Both the position numbers and the translations under genes were made by a program. Shown here one piece after another: positions 60,479-64,000 of a stretch of 64,000 nucleotides of DNA. The stretch's first letter is position 1. Each line of letters starts with the position of its first letter. Under the pieces are notes generated by a model. The model had not been told where the DNA came from and did no database searches. It saw only the letters and a list, made by a program, of their open reading frames with translations. The stretch covers positions 96,001 through 160,000 of the forward strand of contig CAWBKP010000010.1 in NCBI GenBank assembly GCA_963789395.1, given 5' to 3'. This stretch comes from an uncultured delta proteobacterium (GTDB taxonomy: Bacteria; Desulfobacterota; Desulfobacteria; Desulfobacterales; Desulfatirhabdiaceae).

Positions 60479-61000
60479 ATGAGTCAAAAAATGGATCTTA
60501 AGGTATTCAGGGATTTGAGCTATGGGCTATACATCGTTACATCTCGAAACGGTGACAGATTGAATGGCCAGATCATCAATACTGCCATTCAGGTGACATC
60601 AGATCCAGCACGCGTGGCCGTAATCATCAACAAGAAAAACCTCACCCATGAATTTATCGACAAAAGCAAGGTGTTTGCCTTATCCGTGCTCGTTGAAACA
60701 ACGCCAATGACGTTTATTGGGCTGTTCGGGTTTAAATCGGGTAGAGACATCGACAAGCTGTCCAAGACTCAGTTCAAGGAAGGCGTTACGAAATGTCCTC
60801 TGGTGACTGAGCATTCTCTTTCTGTGCTGGAGGCAAAGGTCGTGGATCAGATTGACCTTGGCAGCCATACCATCTTCATCGGTGAAACCATCAGCTCAGA
60901 GGTCTTGCAAGATGGTCAACCGATGACATATCAGTACTATCATCAGACTCTCAAGGGTAAGTCACCACCAGCCGCTCCCACTTTCCAAGCGGTGAAATGA
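60479..61000 (+). CDS. Flavin reductase-like (flavoredoxin-type FMN-binding) protein
   Basis: SYGLYIVTS, INKKNLTH, FGFKSGRDIDK, GSHTIFIG, KGKSP..APT. Confidence 0.9.
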   Translation: MSQKMDLKVFRDLSYGLYIVTSRNGDRLNGQIINTAIQVTSDPARVAVIINKKNLTHEFIDKSKVFALSVLVETTPMTFIGLFGFKSGRDIDKLSKTQFKEGVTKCPLVTEHSLSVLEAKVVDQIDLGSHTIFIGETISSEVLQDGQPMTYQYYHQTLKGKSPPAAPTFQAVK

Positions 61001-61089
61001 TCACTGCTGATTTTGAACGTATAGTGGGTGGGCTCTTTGTCCTCCAAACCCATAAAAATGTGCGTCCAGTTAGAACTGGGCATTTTTTC

Positions 61090-61285
61090 GGCTCCTCGCT
61101 GTTTCGTGTCGCAAACCCTTACGAAAATCCGATCTCAAGGATTTGTTATCCAAAGCACAATTATTCTCAGGCCGGTATTCTTATGAATACCACCCGTATC
61201 CCTTAATATGGCCGGACTTATGATTATATATGCAAGTAAGCATGACATTTCAAAGTGGGCCACCCACGCTAAACAGCGATGAGCC
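61090..61285 (+). mobile_element. ISL3-derived MITE (196 bp)
   Basis: TIRs GGCTCCTCGCTGTTT / AAACAGCGATGAGCC (14/15 match), flanked on both sides by TTTTTTC. No transposase. Confidence 0.7.
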
Positions 61286-61823
61286 TTTTTTCAGGTTATA
61301 GACGAGTTTCCGAGTCTGCTCTTACCTGCGGTCATGCAGATCTTTCATCGGGGATATATGAAAAACGGGATGGAGTGGTTAAGGCAGAATGTCGTTTCAC
61401 TCCGGAACCCGCTCATGCTCCTCCAGAAACTCTATGGTCCCATCTGGATTCTTGCGTAACAGGGTCCACCGCGCCTTCAGTAAAGCTCAAATCTCATCCA
61501 AATTTTTAATCACACCTGTTGCCCATTGTCAGAAACACCTCAAGATTTGCCTCCTTTCGACCGATATTGAACGCATGGGGGTTGTCGTCAAACTTCCTGC
61601 CTGCCATGAGGTTTCACCCAAGGTTCACAACCAAATCCAGAAACGGCCGAAGAAAGCAGCCAACTGGGTAAGACGATGGGCTGAGATCAACATAAGCCTT
61701 TGCGAGGCAGATCCTGAGCACATAGAAACGAATCTTGTTCAGGAAGCATCGGACTATGTCCATCAGTGGTTTTCCGAGCGAAACCGTACTGACCAATAAA
61801 ATGAGGGGATTTTAGGACCAGGA

Positions 61824-62150
61824 ATGGATCAACCGGAGGTAGGTGCCGAAAGGCGGAGCAGGAGGGATAGACGGTCGAAGCGCTGGCCGGGGATTAAGTA
61901 TTTTTTATTCGGTGGGCACCGCAAATCCACTCGCCGGGAAGGCGACCACAAGGAGTTAATTTACGTCGATCAATACCACCCCTGGCTATTGGTGGCTATT
62001 CTGCTGGTGGTGATCCTCAGCATTTCCGACGGACTTTTCACTCTTCATCTCATCGGGCGGGGCGCCTACGAAGTTAACCCCGTCATGGCCTGGTTCCTTA
62101 ACCTTGGAACTTGGCCTTTCATGATTGCCAAGTTTCTCTTTACGTGCAGC
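61824..62150 (+). pseudogene. DUF5658-like membrane protein, 3' truncated by IS3
   Basis: ERRxxxDRR, YVDQY, DGLFTL..GAYEVNPVM..FMIAKF. The stop codon is supplied by the first bases (TGA) of the IS. Confidence 0.75.
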
Positions 62151-62158
62151 TGACCTGG

Positions 62159-63050
62159 TCAAGTAAAAATGGACACTTTTGTTAAGCGGCTTTTTTTCAA
62201 AAGCCACGTTTCCTCAAATTCTTTTGGGCTGAGATAGCCCAGATAGGAATGACGCCTGTTGCTGTTGTAAAACATTTCTATGTAATCGACGATGTCTCTC
62301 CTGGCTTCCTCTCGGGTCTTATAATTTGAAAAAAAGACCCTTTCGGTCTTCAAACTGCCGAAAAAACTCTCTGCTACCGCATTGTCCCAACAATTACCTT
62401 TCCGGCTCATGCTGCTGATCATCCCATGGATTTTCAGCATTTTCTGAAAATCATTGCTGCAATACTGGCTTCCCCTGTCCGAGTGAAATACAAGCCCGTA
62501 AATGGCCGTCGACGCCAGATTGCCATGCGCAAGGCATTTATGATCAGCTTTCTGGACATTTGGCTGCTCAGGGACCAACCCACAACCTGGCGTGAGAAAA
62601 GATCTATGATCACGGCCAGATACAACCAGCCTTCATGAGTCCAAATGTATGTAATATCTGAAACATACACATTGTCCGGTTCTTTCACTTCAAACTGCCG
62701 GTTCAATAAATTCGGAGCAACCGGTAAATTATGCTTGCTGTCTGTGGTCGCTTTAAATTTCCTTTTCTGCTTGGCGGCAACACCGGCCAATTTCATCAGT
62801 TTCCCAGCTTTGGTGCGGCCACAAGGGCTGCCTTGCGCTTCTATCTCTTTTGCGATTCGCCGGGCACCATAGGTCCCTTTTGATTTATTATGGGCCGCAC
62901 GGACAACGGGAATGAGTCTTTCATTCTCTTTCTGCCTGGACGATTTCCCGCATTTGCGCCAGGCATAATATCCACTGCTGGATATTTGCATGACCACACA
63001 TATCAGAGCTATCGGATAGACCTTCTTCTCAGCATCAACAAATTGATACT
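62159..63050 (-). CDS. IS3 transposase OrfB (rve/DDE; extra indel near 62490)
   Basis: [49 protein letters not shown]. Confidence 0.92.
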
Positions 63051-63344
63051 TCAGCTCATTTCTTTCGCGAAGAAGGCCGCTGCCTTTTTTAAGATTTCAC
63101 GCTCCATTTTCAAGCGCTTATTTTCTTTCCGAAGGTGATTCAGCTCTGCCTGCATGGCCGTTCCACCTTGTAAACCCGGAGCGCCTTCTCCGCCTCCTTC
63201 AATCTGACGTTTCCATCGTCCCAACATGTTTTCATTGACCCCAAGATTCCGGGCCGCCTCGGTAATCTGATATCCCTGTTCAGTGATCAGCTTAACCGCT
63301 TCTTCTTTGAATTCCTGTGTGTATTTCCTTCTCTTCTTTTTCAT
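63051..63344 (-). CDS. IS3 transposase OrfA (HTH)
   Basis: RRKYTQEFKEEAV..AARNLGV..LRKENKRLKMEREILKKA; GAGGAGG RBS. Confidence 0.95.
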   Translation of the reverse strand: MKKKRRKYTQEFKEEAVKLITEQGYQITEAARNLGVNENMLGRWKRQIEGGGEGAPGLQGGTAMQAELNHLRKENKRLKMEREILKKAAAFFAKEMS

Positions 63345-63410
63345 TGAACACCTCCTCGAGGATTATAAATCCACTCTTAAGAAAGTGTCCACTAATTCCC
63401 TACCACATCA

Positions 63411-64000
63411 AACACAGGGGGCTTTGCTTACCTTTACACCTATGTGATGGATAAAGGACAAATTTATTTCACCGCTTCAAGCTACACTGATGACGATGTT
63501 GCTAAGGGAAAGATCAGTCGTTACTGGACCGTTTATCCTGAAGGCCATCAGGCATATTTTGACGCAATCAACTCATCCGAGCCTATTTTTGTCACCGCGT
63601 CCGACCGCTGGGGGTCATTTAGAACCGTTCTGTTGCCACAACAGTCCCCCGCCGGTAAGCCATATGTGGTCGGTGCAGATATTGATATCAGTGAAATTGA
63701 TAAAACACTATGGAAACAGGTTCCTTGGGTGGTAGCAGCGGCCTTTTTGTTGCTACTTTTTGCAGTTCCTATTGCGATAACCCTGCGACGTACACTGGTG
63801 TTAATGAACAATGATTTACGGGTACAACTGGATGAGAATGAATTAGTGGTGAACGAGTTGTACAAAGCAAATGAAAAAGCCAATCAAGCTCAACGACAAA
63901 TTGAACTGTATTCATCAACATTGGAGCGGCGGGTGCAAGAGCGAACCGTGCAACTCCAAGGGGAGATAGAAGATCGCAAGCAAGTGGAAGATGCACTGCG
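63411..64000 (+). pseudogene. 5'-truncated membrane sensor protein (periplasmic sensor + TM + coiled coil), running off the window
   Basis: Open frame from the IS end: ..FAYLYTYV..DRWGSFRTVLLP..YVVGADIDIS..TM..LERRVQERTVQLQGEIEDRKQVEDAL. The tail is a typical linker before PAS/His-kinase/GGDEF domains. Confidence 0.8.

Larger units (their letters stand above)
62151..63410 (-). mobile_element. IS3-family insertion sequence (1260 bp)
   Basis: TG...CA ends with imperfect IRs sharing TGA..TGGT and TGGACACTTT; orfA plus DDE orfB; A6G slippery motif at 63084-63090. Confidence 0.95.

Noticed and set aside
61279..61799. Short ORFs between the MITE and the DUF5658-like gene
   Set aside because: No recognisable domain or RBS; possibly a decayed gene, but it cannot be supported.

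Overview
Chromosomal window from an anaerobic deltaproteobacterium, most likely Desulfobacterales. This is inferred from gene content and order (guaB-dnaE-manC-degT, hisC-cmk-rpsA-sppA, por, 2-oxoacid:ferredoxin oxidoreductase, gctAB). About 15 genes, including the essential dnaE, are broken by single-base indels. These look like long-read assembly errors, so split genes are reported as single CDSs. Bases 1-57950 are mostly core metabolism plus tRNA-Pro(CGG) and tRNA-Arg(ACG). Highlights: (i) a sigma54 promoter, a c-di-GMP-I riboswitch and an SD-sequestering hairpin in series ahead of a secreted FN3/B-repeat/FG-GAP-like surface protein; (ii) cbiB running in frame into a CbiR-like cobamide-remodelling gene; (iii) a core methionine-synthase homolog with an altered Zn motif; (iv) tadA head-to-head with its substrate tRNA-Arg(ACG); (v) an accessory region after that tRNA containing a MerR/Xis-like mini-ORF, a siroheme reductase/flavodoxin/flavin reductase set, an ISL3-derived MITE and an IS3 that joins two unrelated truncated genes; (vi) dispersed heptamer-repeat elements, one inside a coding sequence. 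No CRISPR array or rRNA was seen. All calls are by eye; no database searches were run.
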